This document shows positions 22,664-33,630 of a stretch of DNA of 64,000 nucleotides, piece after piece. The notes beneath the pieces were generated by a model, which worked only from the letters and a program-made list of their open reading frames with translations, had not been told where the DNA came from and did not search any database. The translations under genes were made by a program, and so were the position numbers. The first letter of the stretch is position 1. Every line of letters begins with the position of its first letter. Source of the stretch: Vezdaea acicularis (taxonomy: Eukaryota); the NCBI GenBank assembly GCA_026025075.1, contig JAPEUI010000006.1, forward strand, positions 186,001-250,000. Reading direction: 5' to 3'.

Positions 22664-23782
22664 ATGGACTATTTCGATCCCGACGGCGACGTGACACTTG
22701 AGGTTGGCCAGGAGCTCAAGGCTCACTATTCCGTATCTTCGAAGGTTCTAGGTCTCGCTTCTCCGGTCTTTAAGGCCATGTTTTCGCCGCAATTCCGAGA
22801 AGGTAGTGAGCTTGCTGCTGGCATCCGGAAGCCAATACCGCTGCCTGATGATGATCCTGACAGTATGGCTATAATCTGTGGTATCCTGCATCACAAAACG
22901 GATGGAATCCCTGCGCATCCATCTCTAGAGACCATAGGGGATGTCGCCGTTTTGTGCGACAAATACAAGATGTGTGAGGCAACGCGTGGATGGACTCAAG
23001 CATGGCTATCAAAATATAGTCATATTTTCAACAGCCCCGAATTTCGACCTGACATGCTAACGGTTCTATGGATAACCTCGGCTTTGGATGATGCAGAAAA
23101 CTTCACTTCCATCTCTCGTGCATTCATAGTCAGTTATCGCAACAACGCTAAATTGGAAAAAGACTCGCCTGGTTTCGATCTGCTGCACAACAGCGTGATT
23201 CGTAAGTAATTCTACAGAACCTTCTGAATAAACGTTGCTGGTGGTTTACAATCTGACAGAACCTTCATAGCTAAGCTGATAGAAACAGCAAAAGAAATTA
23301 AAGAGGAGACGCTAGCGAAATTCTCGCGCGCACTTGGACCAGTCTTCTCTTATATCTCATGGACATCACTGCCAGAAAAACTTACGGAATGTGGTTTTTG
23401 CCATGTAGTGAAGAGTTCTCTGACATGCGTCAATGCCGTAAACAAGGCACTTTTCTGCATCTCTCAAAGCAATTTACTAGGACTAACAATCTGTCCTGAT
23501 CTGACAAATTCCAGCATATCATCGACGAGCGGTAGACTCGCCCAGTTCCGAACCTATCAATTCCGAGGAGCAACCATAGTGCATTGTAGCTTTGAGAATT
23601 GTAATTGTCGCAAGAATATCGAAGAGCAGATTCGCCTCATAGGAACGGAGTTACTGTCCAACATAAAAGGTCTCTGTCTAGACTGCTTCGGGAAGGGGGG
23701 TCCCAAGAAAGGGGCTTGCCGCGTAGAGGACGCGCTACATAGAAAACCCGATCAGGAAGGGGACACTGCAAACGCTACCTAA
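22664..23782 (+). CDS. BTB/POZ domain protein, 2 coding exons
   Basis: FDPDGDVTLEVG...VSSKVLGLASPVFKAMFSPQFREG...IPLPDDDP...LCDKY; intron 23202-23270; C-terminal GLCLDC; probable 5'UTR intron ~22574-22639. Confidence 0.88.
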
Positions 23783-24034
23783 CCCAGACGACCCGCATGG
23801 TTTGGTGGGATAATTGACACTCAGAGAGTCAGTCAAATGAGAGTTTACTGCATTAGGTAGGGTTACTGAGGTCTTTAAGCCCACACTGCCACGTAGATAT
23901 TTCCGTAGATGCAGATTTCTATCAATCAATCAACCCATCGATGGATCAATCATCCCACCACTTCACACGCTGGGCACTGACCTCATGGGTGTGACTTGAC
24001 AGGCCGTTGAGGCGGGACCTACTCTGGAAGACCA

Positions 24035-24800
24035 CAAGTACTGCTCGTACAGTAGACTGGGCTATGGTTGGCCGGCAAAAGGGTAAGGAGCCGCCAGTCC
24101 GATTCGGATAGACTGTCGAAGATTGGTAGCATATTGACTCCTCTGTAAGCACTGCCGCTCGATCCATATCCAGCTTACGCCCCCTGATCCTTTCATGAGA
24201 ACAGGAGACACACACAGGCATACAGACACAAGTTAGGAGACCCGTATCTCTATTCTCTTTAACCTAACTCACCTTGTCCACGAGATGCAGTTCCGGCCGA
24301 GTATCAAAGAATGGTTATATGCGGACTGCTCATGGCTCTCTGCTATCCGTTCAGCGGACTAGACCTACGTTGAATGACGAAGGGGGAAAGAAGTCGCCAG
24401 TCCGGTTCATGTCGACGGTCGAAGTATTGTTTGCATATTGACTCCTCCATTTACTCTACTACTCTAACGGTAGGCCATGCTATGATTGAATGGCAGAGGG
24501 GAAAAGGAGTCGCCAGTCTGATTTAGGGTGACGGTCGAAGAACGTGTAGCTGCTGATCACTCCGTGGGCTCTACTGCTCATACAGTAGAGCAGACCAAGA
24601 TTGAACGATAAAGTAGAGAAGGACTCGCCAGTCCGATTCATGTCGACGGTCGAAGTATCGTTTGCATATTGACTCCTCCGTAAGCTCCACTACTCCCTTC
24701 GTATCCAGCTCACGTCCCCAGACTCTCACACGAGCGCAGGATACACACACATGAAGAGAGAGAGACACAAGTTGAGAGATCCATATTTCTATAGTCTAAC
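24035..24800. repeat. Degenerate ~116-nt repeat array (4 copies) with a duplicated ~120-nt tail
   Basis: Core CGCCAGTC...GTCGAAG...TGA at 24092, 24395, 24511 and 24626. Copies 2 and 4 differ at 2 positions over ~55 nt. Confidence 0.85.
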
Positions 24801-25802
24801 TTTGTAATTACCCCTCTCCCGGAGACACAGTCCCAGTCGAAGGAACGCGCAGCAGCAGCAGCAGCAAGCGGGCGCCACCCAGCAAGCCCCCTTATCCCCA
24901 ATCTCTCCCCTCCATCACCGGGCCCTTCCCCACTCACGGAGCAGAAGAAGAAGAACACCGGTAACAGAGTCCATGGAGTAGGTCCAGCCCCTCCTCCTTG
25001 CCCCTCGCATCCTACTGTTCCGTTTCGCAGACCGTCGCGCACGCAAGCATGCATTGTCCAGCATTTGAAAACAGGAAAAATCCAGCAGTCCGCTCAGAGC
25101 GAATGATTACACGCGCGCCCGCCACCTCGCGGAGGATGAACGGGCCCAGTCGACGAAAAAAATCCAGCGTCGAGCGCTATACTAAAAGAAAAGGGGGTGG
25201 GAAGCGCAGCCCCCCATCCCCTTGTCTGTTTCCGTGGTGTGCATTGCTGCGGTTTCTCTAAAGCCAAAAACAATGAGCAAAAAGACTGCAGAGCCGCCCA
25301 GACGTAGATAGGACGAAAAGGAGATTTGATGATAATGGTGGAGCTCGTCAAGAGCGTGAGTTGATGCTTGAACCGGTCAAGCGCAACGATGCAAGTAGGT
25401 GAGATGGGAAAAAGGCAGTGAAAAAGGCAGACGCTCGCTTCGCTAAACAATGATCCAAAAATCACAAGAACAAAGGGAAGGAAAGAAAAATTGTTGGTTT
25501 ATTGATATATGGTGAGGAGGAGGAGGACCGCCCATGGCCGTTGGAGTGTGAGCATTTGCCGTCAAAGTCGTCGAAGCGCGTCGTGGGTGCATCGAAAACG
25601 GAAGCGCGCGTCCCAGCCCAGGAAGAAAGTTGTAACAGCGCACCGGCTCTACCAAGAGAGAGCGATTGTCGAAACCCCGAAATTGAGGGAAGTTGGGAAA
25701 GGTGCTTTGAAGCAGCCTTCGCCAACTTCAGCCCCACATCAAGTCGGTGTCGTCGAGGCTCGGCACGGTGTCCTCGGACAGCGAGGTCCGCGGCGATAAT
25801 TG

Positions 25803-26927
25803 CTACATCGTCGTCGCGTAATCCTGCATCTGATGCCAGCCGACGCCAACCCCAACGCCGCCGCCGAAGCCGCCGTAGCCGAGGCTCGTGCTGCACTGCT
25901 GCGCCGCGAGCATGCTCGGGAGCGGCAGATAGGGCTGCGAGACCATGGTTAAGGGCGAGGCGGTCGTCATCGGAGCGGAGTAGTATTGTAGCGGCGAGCT
26001 GGTGTAGGCGGGTTGGGAGTAGGACTGCGTGCAGACGGCTGGTTGGCTGTAGGAGGGGGTTGGCGAGGGGAGTTGGAGCTCGCTGAGGCCCATCGCGGCC
26101 CAGAGGTTCTGCGTATGACTGTCCTGGCTGGTGTTGGTGCTGCTGGGTGAGGAGGGGACGACTTTCCATGCGTCGACGGGCGTGGGGTGTTGTTGTGCTG
26201 GCTGCGACGACGAGGACGACGGGATCCACCATTGATTTGCGGCGCCGGGGGAGCTGGGGAGGAGCGGTGGTGGGCGTACGACGTCGACGACGCGCGGGGG
26301 CGGGGGGAGGAGCGGGAGGAAGAGGCCCATGAGTTGGGATTTTACTTCTTCGGCACGCCCGCAGAGCAGCTCTCCCGCGCCATCGTCTTCAAGTCCTTCG
26401 AGAGCTAGGGCACCGGTCCGGTAGACGAACCTGTTGACGGATTGAACGAACTCCTCGTGCAGTTTCTTGACCTGCGTGTCTTTTTCCGACCAGTCCCACG
26501 TATTGGATGCGATGTCGACGCTGTAGACCTCCTTGTGGTACTCGACCAGCGACTCGATTGCCTCCGACGTCAACTTGAAGGCGACTTCGTTCTGTAAGAC
26601 GAGATCGACGTGGACGACATAGGCCTCCATGTGGATGAGTTGGTAGTTGAACAGCGCCTCGATCAGAGGGTTGGTGTCTTTCCGCAGCTCCGAGTCGGGC
26701 GCTTTGGGAAGCATGATCGAGCACAACGTCCAGATGGCATTGGGGCCCGATAGCGTCTCGGTCAGGCAGCGCATGTGCTGCGGTACGCTGTTCAACGGCC
26801 GCTTGACCCGGTTTATCCTCTTCAGCGACGCGGTCAGCCAAGGCTCAACCTTGGTGCCCAGGACGATTGTAGGAGAGGCTCTCGGCGCGAAGGCGGCGGC
26901 CGAGGCCGGGAGGAGGTTTATCGGCAT
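25803..26927 (-). CDS. Conserved filamentous-fungal hypothetical protein, intronless
   Basis: ATG 26927 MPINLLPASAAAFAPRASPTIVLGTKVEPWLT...EAYVVHVDLVLQNEVAFKLT; strong C/G-ending codon bias; resembles a conserved Pezizomycotina uncharacterised family (from memory). Confidence 0.85.
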   Translation of the reverse strand: MPINLLPASAAAFAPRASPTIVLGTKVEPWLTASLKRINRVKRPLNSVPQHMRCLTETLSGPNAIWTLCSIMLPKAPDSELRKDTNPLIEALFNYQLIHMEAYVVHVDLVLQNEVAFKLTSEAIESLVEYHKEVYSVDIASNTWDWSEKDTQVKKLHEEFVQSVNRFVYRTGALALEGLEDDGAGELLCGRAEEVKSQLMGLFLPLLPPPPRVVDVVRPPPLLPSSPGAANQWWIPSSSSSQPAQQHPTPVDAWKVVPSSPSSTNTSQDSHTQNLWAAMGLSELQLPSPTPSYSQPAVCTQSYSQPAYTSSPLQYYSAPMTTASPLTMVSQPYLPLPSMLAAQQCSTSLGYGGFGGGVGVGVGWHQMQDYATTM

Positions 26928-27256
26928 CGCAACGGGACGGGGCAAAACAAGGGGATATGGGAGGTTTTCCTCGGGGGGGTGTTTATCGATTAGATTTTTT
27001 TTGGCGTGGGTTGTTGGGGGATCTCGCGCCGCGTTGAGGTTTAGAAAAGAGAAAAGAAGGGAAAGGACATTGGGCAAAAATACAAGAATATATAACGAAG
27101 AGGAAGGTTTTCAGCGGTCTCGGAAACACGAGAATTAATGCGCGCGCTGGAAAGATGGGAAGGAAGAGGAAAAAAGACGATGGGGGTCCGTCGGCGGCGG
27201 AGAGGGAAGAACGAAGGGCGAGACAGGAAAAGGTGGGGGTGGTGCGAAGGTCGGCG

Positions 27257-27268
27257 CCCTTATATCGG
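27257..27268 (-). promoter_or_regulatory. TATA-like element for the 26927 gene
   Basis: GATATAAGGG on the minus strand, followed by a CT-rich tract typical of fungal transcription starts. Confidence 0.4.
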
Positions 27269-30185
27269 CCGTCGCAGTGCCGGGACCCGCGGTGCTGCGG
27301 AAAGCGCAGGCGACATAGACGAGCCCCGAATGGCGGCTGCGCGCGATCTCTCTCGCAAGACGGCGACTTCGAGCGGAAAAAGCGAAAGGCAAAAAGAGAG
27401 GTGCATTAGCAGCGCGATCAGGCAGCGGAGGGAAGCAAGCCTGCATGTGCGCAAGAAGGGAGAGCGCCAATCGCCCACAAGCGAAAAGGGCTACTGTAGC
27501 GACCGAGCAGCTTTGGGGTCAAGTGGTGATGCCCTCAACCCCTCCGCTCGGGGCAGGGAATGCGACGGTCGCTAGTACGTTAATGCAAGGACTTTCCCAG
27601 CCCGTGTGCAAAACGCCTGCTTCTGCCCAGTGCGTCAGACGCGGAACCTGATGCGAAATGTCCATGTTTAGTTCAGCGACGGCCAAGGCGATGGTGTCAG
27701 CGGCGATTCAGTATGCAGCTACCGCGACTGCGCCCTCTTCCCAGGGCGTGACCTCCGTTTGCTTCCTCGATGTTGGTTCGAGGGCCGGTCAACCTCCGAA
27801 ATTGTATGACGCCTCTGTTCACCCCGTATGAAATTGCAACCTCATCCGCACCGGCCCACTGGACCGCGCACTTGCGCTCGCCGAGGACTGCAATTTGAAC
27901 CTGAGGCGACTATGCCAACATCCACGCATCATCTCTCATTTGCGGCGACCAAGGTGGTGCGCCGGCCGATGCATGATGGCTGATTGCCTGTAGATCCGGG
28001 GCTGGCTGGAGTTTGATATGTCAGATTGGGAGATGCCGTTGTAAACAGACCAGAGGCGACAGTCGCCGTGGAGCAGGATGTCTAACTGCGCTTTGATGTC
28101 CATGCAGGAGGGCAGGAGATGGTAAATGCTCATCCTCCACAACGCTCAGGCTCTGTCACCTTCGTTCGAGGAGGCCCTAGACCAGTCATCTCTATGAGGC
28201 TATCTGTCTCTCGCGGCGATCCGCGAAACCGCACGGATGGCCGAGATAGCTACGGCTCCTGTGTCAGAGGTCGAGGAGGTCCGAGTGATTGAAGCCCTTG
28301 AATGGCCGTGCGGGTATCGCAACAATGCCCAAAGCAGACACTCCTGCATGAATGGAGTTCACGCAAGCCTCCGCCGCGCCGATATCTTCAGGGTTCAAGA
28401 GGGTAACTAAGAGCCACCGGTCCTGGATCGCGATGGTCCAGCGTGCACGGACGCGCAAGGGGAGACGTCGAGATCTGGGACGCTCTCGCGCTCATCAGAG
28501 CGTCGGATCCTTCCCTCGAGCAGCGCGGCGGCCGCGACGGAAATGCAGATGGCTTGGTGATGGTCGAAAGTGAATCAGAACCAGTCGCTGAAGAGGTCCT
28601 CGCCGCGATCCCAGTTCGAAGTGGGTTCTCAGCTGATAGTGTGTCGTTCTCTGGGCCATCCTCGCCACGGCATTCGTCAGATGTCGTTCGCCCTAGTGCG
28701 CCCACCCCGGTCATGCCCCCAGCCGCGGCCGCTGATTGGGTCTCCCCGACGTCAACCGGCTCAAAGATCTAGCTCTCGCCCTTCTCTGATGGCGGGGCCA
28801 CCGTCCTTCTCACCCAGATGCAACATGAGATTACCAGGCGCGACTGAAGATTGCAAATTCGGGGCGGGTTTGCTCTCCCAACCCTCGTCTTTGCAAAGCC
28901 GAGCAACTGAACGAGCACGCTCAAGCCAGGCGTCGGTCAGAAGGGAGGACCAGAATAGCAAACGACCTGCGCGGATCGTCCCTCGGCTCATGCAGGCCGA
29001 TTCCAAGGCTGTGGCGTTGTTCAGCTGCTGCGGGCGCGACAGCTGCCCCGGTGATTAGCGAAAGGTCACGTTACGTCGGTACTTGGACGATGTCACGGAG
29101 GCTGAGCCACAGTCACCGGTCGCCGCTTACCGGCGGATCCCTCCAGCGGCCGCATCAACGCGCCCCGGAATGCGAAACCGCGCAGGGGCGCCAGTCCAGA
29201 CTGGGAAACCCCACCGATGCGCCAGGCCCACCATGCCGAGCGAGGGAGCAGACCCGACCGCAGGCGCTCCGCGTCGTCGCACCGTAGATGACGCAGCCGA
29301 CCTTCGCGCGTTTCTGGAAGGCCGCCGAAGCGCCCGGCAGAAGCGGCGGATCGTTTCAGAACTTGCCCCCGTCCCCCCTTCCCCCGTCTCTCCGCCCCAA
29401 CGCTCCATCCGGCCTTGTCCATGGCCTTGGAACGAGGCAAGGAAGGCGATGGGCAGGCGTCGGCCTATCGATAAGAGCTGTCTGACTCACCCACCCTCAA
29501 CCTTCCGTCGGCATACTCCCTCTGCGTGCTCGAACCGGCGCTGCTGTGCCTTGACAGTCGCATGGCGCAACGTGACGACGCATGCACGCTTGCCAGACTG
29601 TTTCAGGTTCAGGTCGTGCGTGCGTGGAGAACTTGGACGTGAAGCGACGAGCTTGGCTTTTGATGGCTGCGCCCCTGCTTCCAAATCGCCCTTCGACTCG
29701 TGACTCGAGGTGCTGGATAGATGCTCTCGAGCTGGTGAAATCAATTAGAAAGCAGCCTTTGAAAACAAAGGATCTTCCTTCTCAAGGCAAGATCTGTTCT
29801 ATCCAAGATATATTTGGAAAAGTCACGTGTTCGAAAAAATTGATTCACAAAACTATTATCAAGCAAGCTGACCTTGCTCGAATCAATTGTCTCTATGTCT
29901 ATCAGACATGGAGTTGGTCGGCGAAAGAGTTTCCAACGCTGTTCGAGGTAGGCATTCCGCTCGTAAACGCACGGTCAAAGCTGCCTTGACTCTAGCTAAC
30001 AAGATCTAAAGTTGTGAATTGACAACAATAGGAGAGACTGTTACCACTGGAGAGCATCGCATGTAGTCATCGCTGGATAGAGAAAATGCCGCTCCTAAAA
30101 GATGAACAAATCCGTAAACTTATGAGGGTATCGTGACGCAGACCAATGCACTGCATACTGCTCCAAAGCACAACAGGTTGTTCAA

Positions 30186-32221
30186 TCAAAGACCAAACAC
30201 AAAAGTAATCTTGCCATCGCCACGACGAGCGTTAATACGTGAACCCGGATCCTCATAGTGGCCTCTATACCTAGCGATGAGTCGCGCTAGCCAGGCCGAT
30301 GGGGAAAATCGGCTTCGTCTTCGCACTTCAGGGCCTATACCCCATCTCTGCTCTTTCTGGATCTGCTCATCGGTCCAGTCCTGTAACACAGTTTCACGTC
30401 GTCTGTTCTCTTGAATGAGCAGCCAGCGAAAGGCGCTGTAGCCGATAAAAGAGAAGAAAACGAGGCAAAAGGTGATGTAGAACGGAGTTGTATAATACGG
30501 CCCATACCGTGGGGAGAAGAGTAGGGACGAAAAGACGCCAGCGAGATTTCCCCAGCCGTTGATGCCCAGTACAACTGATCTCTTGCCTGGTTCTATTGGT
30601 TACCGTCATTAGCAAGGATACTACGGAGACCTCAGTCGTAATACTTGCCTTCCATGTTCCCGCTCAGCCAAGCGACTGTCAAAGGACTCGCAACGAAGCT
30701 TCCGCTCAATAAGACGCAAAGAGCAAGGTAGCGTGGCAAATACGCTTGCGAAGGCAGCATGACCACGCCAGTGAGTCCAATGAGGTTGATAACGAGACCG
30801 CATAAAATGGGCATGATTCGCTCCTTTCTTTTGTCGCTCCACCAAGTGAACAACAAGAGAACCACGAAACCACACAAGAAAGGAGGAGCCATCATCAAGT
30901 TGGCTCTAACAGAATCAAAGCCCAGACCCTTGACAATCATGGGAAGGAACACAGTAAAGGCAACTGAAGGAACGCTACTGCAGATGTTCACGACTAGAAG
31001 ATACCACACCTTCCAATCAGTAACTGCATCGACGACATCTGCGGTTGACAGTCCTTTGTGAAAAGTGATAGCTTCACGGGATGGCCCTGCATGATAAACA
31101 GCGCTTTGCTCGTCATGTTGCTGTCCAGACAATAAACCCTCTTGCTCTTCTTCTATACCATCTGCATTCTGCTCCATGTTATGGCCCTGCTCAAAGCTGC
31201 TACGAGGTTGGTAGCTTTCTGCAGCCCCAATACCATAACCCTGCCCATGCCCAGCGTCGGCGCCTTGACGCTCTCGAGCAATTCGTATATCAGCCCAGTT
31301 GCGTTCATCAGCCCTTAGAAACCATGCGCTTTTAGCTTGCTTAGGAAGCCAGAAGAAACCAATCATGGCCACGATGATGGTCAAGATACCCTCAAGCGCA
31401 AAAAGGACCTGCCATGACTTCCACTTTCGTATTCTCGCATCTTCCGAAGTCGTGTCCCTTCCGTCTGTCTGATCATTGGTGGGGAAAGCCTTGAAGACTG
31501 CGTACGAAATGACTCCTCCTAGCGCCCCAGCTAATGCATATTGGCCATAAAAGAAGCCAAGGCGACGAGCAAACTCGTATCGGGTATAAAAGAGGGAAAT
31601 ATAGGCCACAGTGGTAGGGTAGAATCCAGCTATAAATACCATTAGCTAGGAACCAACTTGTTCTGTATCACTGCATGAATCACCTTCTAGAATCCCGATG
31701 AATATGCGGATGGATATAAGCTCCCATCGCTTCGTGATCCAGATATGAATGGCGGTGCATAAACCCCAGAGTGTCATTACAGTTGGCACATACGTTGCCA
31801 TCCCCCATTTCCTACCAGCAGTAGCGCCTACGGGCTGCAGAATGACAAAGAAGATAAAGAAAAGAGCCACGGCCAAGTTGAGATCAGAGGGTTCTAGCCC
31901 GGCATCGCGAGTGAAGTTTGCCGTCTCAGCATTTCCGATGTTTGTCCGATCCAGGGCATTAAGCAGGAAAAGCAGGCAGAGGTATGGGAGAAGCACATAG
32001 TCAAGTTTCCGAACCGTCCGCGTATTAAGGTCTTCATCTTGACTTTTGACGCCGTCGAGCTCTGGAATGCTGTGCGAGCGACTGAGATGTGAATGTGCCA
32101 AGCTTGGCATTGCTGTAGTGTGGTTTGAGGGATGGTCGGGGTCCCTAACAGGATCTTCCCCCGATAGCAGTCTGAGAGGTTCGTGTTCGGCCCTCTTTTG
32201 CAGCTCATATTGCTCTGGCAT
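30186..32221 (-). CDS. MFS transporter, anion:cation symporter/allantoate permease family, 3 exons
   Basis: VRKLDYVLLPYLCLLFLLNALDRTNIGNA, GILE|AGFYP...FYTRYEFARRLGFFY, WQVLFALEG, WWSDKRKER, EPGKRS, C-terminal FVFGL*. Confidence 0.92.
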
Positions 32222-33630
32222 GCTCGTCGTGCCTGCTACTCTCACGTGCCAAGCCCGATATGCCCACCCCAGTCACGGCGAATCACGCGGTATATCCCAC
32301 CCCAATTAGAAGACTCATGGCTCAGGAGTGCTAGGCAAACATGAAAATAATTCTCAAAAGCATGGAATTGATTGAAGTATATGTGCAAATCTTAGTCAAA
32401 GTGAATCATGGAGACAAGCGCATTGGCCAAGTGAAGCTTTTGATCACGGTAGTTCCTGCAGGATGCAAACGTGCCAAGGACAACCTGACGTCAAACTGCA
32501 GCAACTCGCCGTTGCTGTGCGGAAAGGGTGTGTTTGTTTGGAATATTTGCCGAAACACGCGAGACCGGGTCGCGCGACGCCACGAAATTTGGGGCAGGGG
32601 GTATCACTTTTCGGGGTGCCCATAAGCTCCCAGTGCATGCTGATGCAGTTGCAATTGCATCAAAGCTCTTCCCGGTGTTCGTTCTGTTGAGCTCTGGGAG
32701 ATTGTTGAAGGGAATCTTGGGGTCCTGGTCGGGTACCCCGCTCGGTCAGGGAGCGAGAAGGGTCGCGGGACCGGGCCGGTGAAAGAAGCGCGTCGTTGAT
32801 GTGTGGTGACAGGCTGCAAGCCCGACCATTCACAGCCGCGCGGAGAAATGCCGCCCGATATCATTTGCTGCTTTCCTGTCAATTGTGGAGCTCGTCGCCG
32901 GCTGCTGAGCCTGTGAGGTGTCGAGGCGATCACATCTGCGCCGGATTGGCTGCACGAGGTTGTTTTGATAAGAAAGCGTAGCGCGCTGAGACGTGGCACG
33001 GGAATATCGTCTTCTTATAATTCCCCGGGGGGACCACCGTTCTTCTCCTTGAATTGTGCACGTAATTTAAAGCATCTTGAGCTTGTTCGAAAGGCCGTCG
33101 CTGACGACCCTCGTCAATTGGTGGGTGCTTGAGCGGGAACTAGACGGGTGGTCGCAGAAGGTAAGACCAGATTCGACCCCGGAAGAGAAGCCCGCAGTCT
33201 GCCGCCGACGCTTGAGCCAGCTTTGTCAACAGCATCGGTCCCTCCCTATTGAGACTTTACCCTTTACCCTCAAACTCGCGATCTACTCAGCTGCCGTTCT
33301 ATTGCTCTAAGTCGCATACTTTGGAGGTCTACGACAGAGGAACGCTGTGTCAACTTTCCTGTAAGCGCAGCCGGGGGCGTTTGATTCGTTCGAAAAGTAA
33401 GCACAATAATGTCACAACAAAAAAATCGCAGCCTTGTTGATTACGTCCCCATAGCACCAATACCCATGGAGAAGCTTCCGCGCTTTCATGTACCGCAAAA
33501 AGCTCTTTTTCAGCAAACAGAGCTACGATATGAGTATTGAATTAGCAGCAGCGTCGCTTTAAAACCTGCTGAGCTGCACTTCATTGCCAGAAGTGTAAAG
33601 ATTGCGCAGGACGACCGGCTTCATTGAATC

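Noticed and set aside
24035..24800. Repeat array as a CRISPR array or repeat-protein gene
   Set aside because: Eukaryotic context with no cas genes; the inter-core segments are homologous to each other rather than unique spacers; no reading frame is conserved across all four copies.
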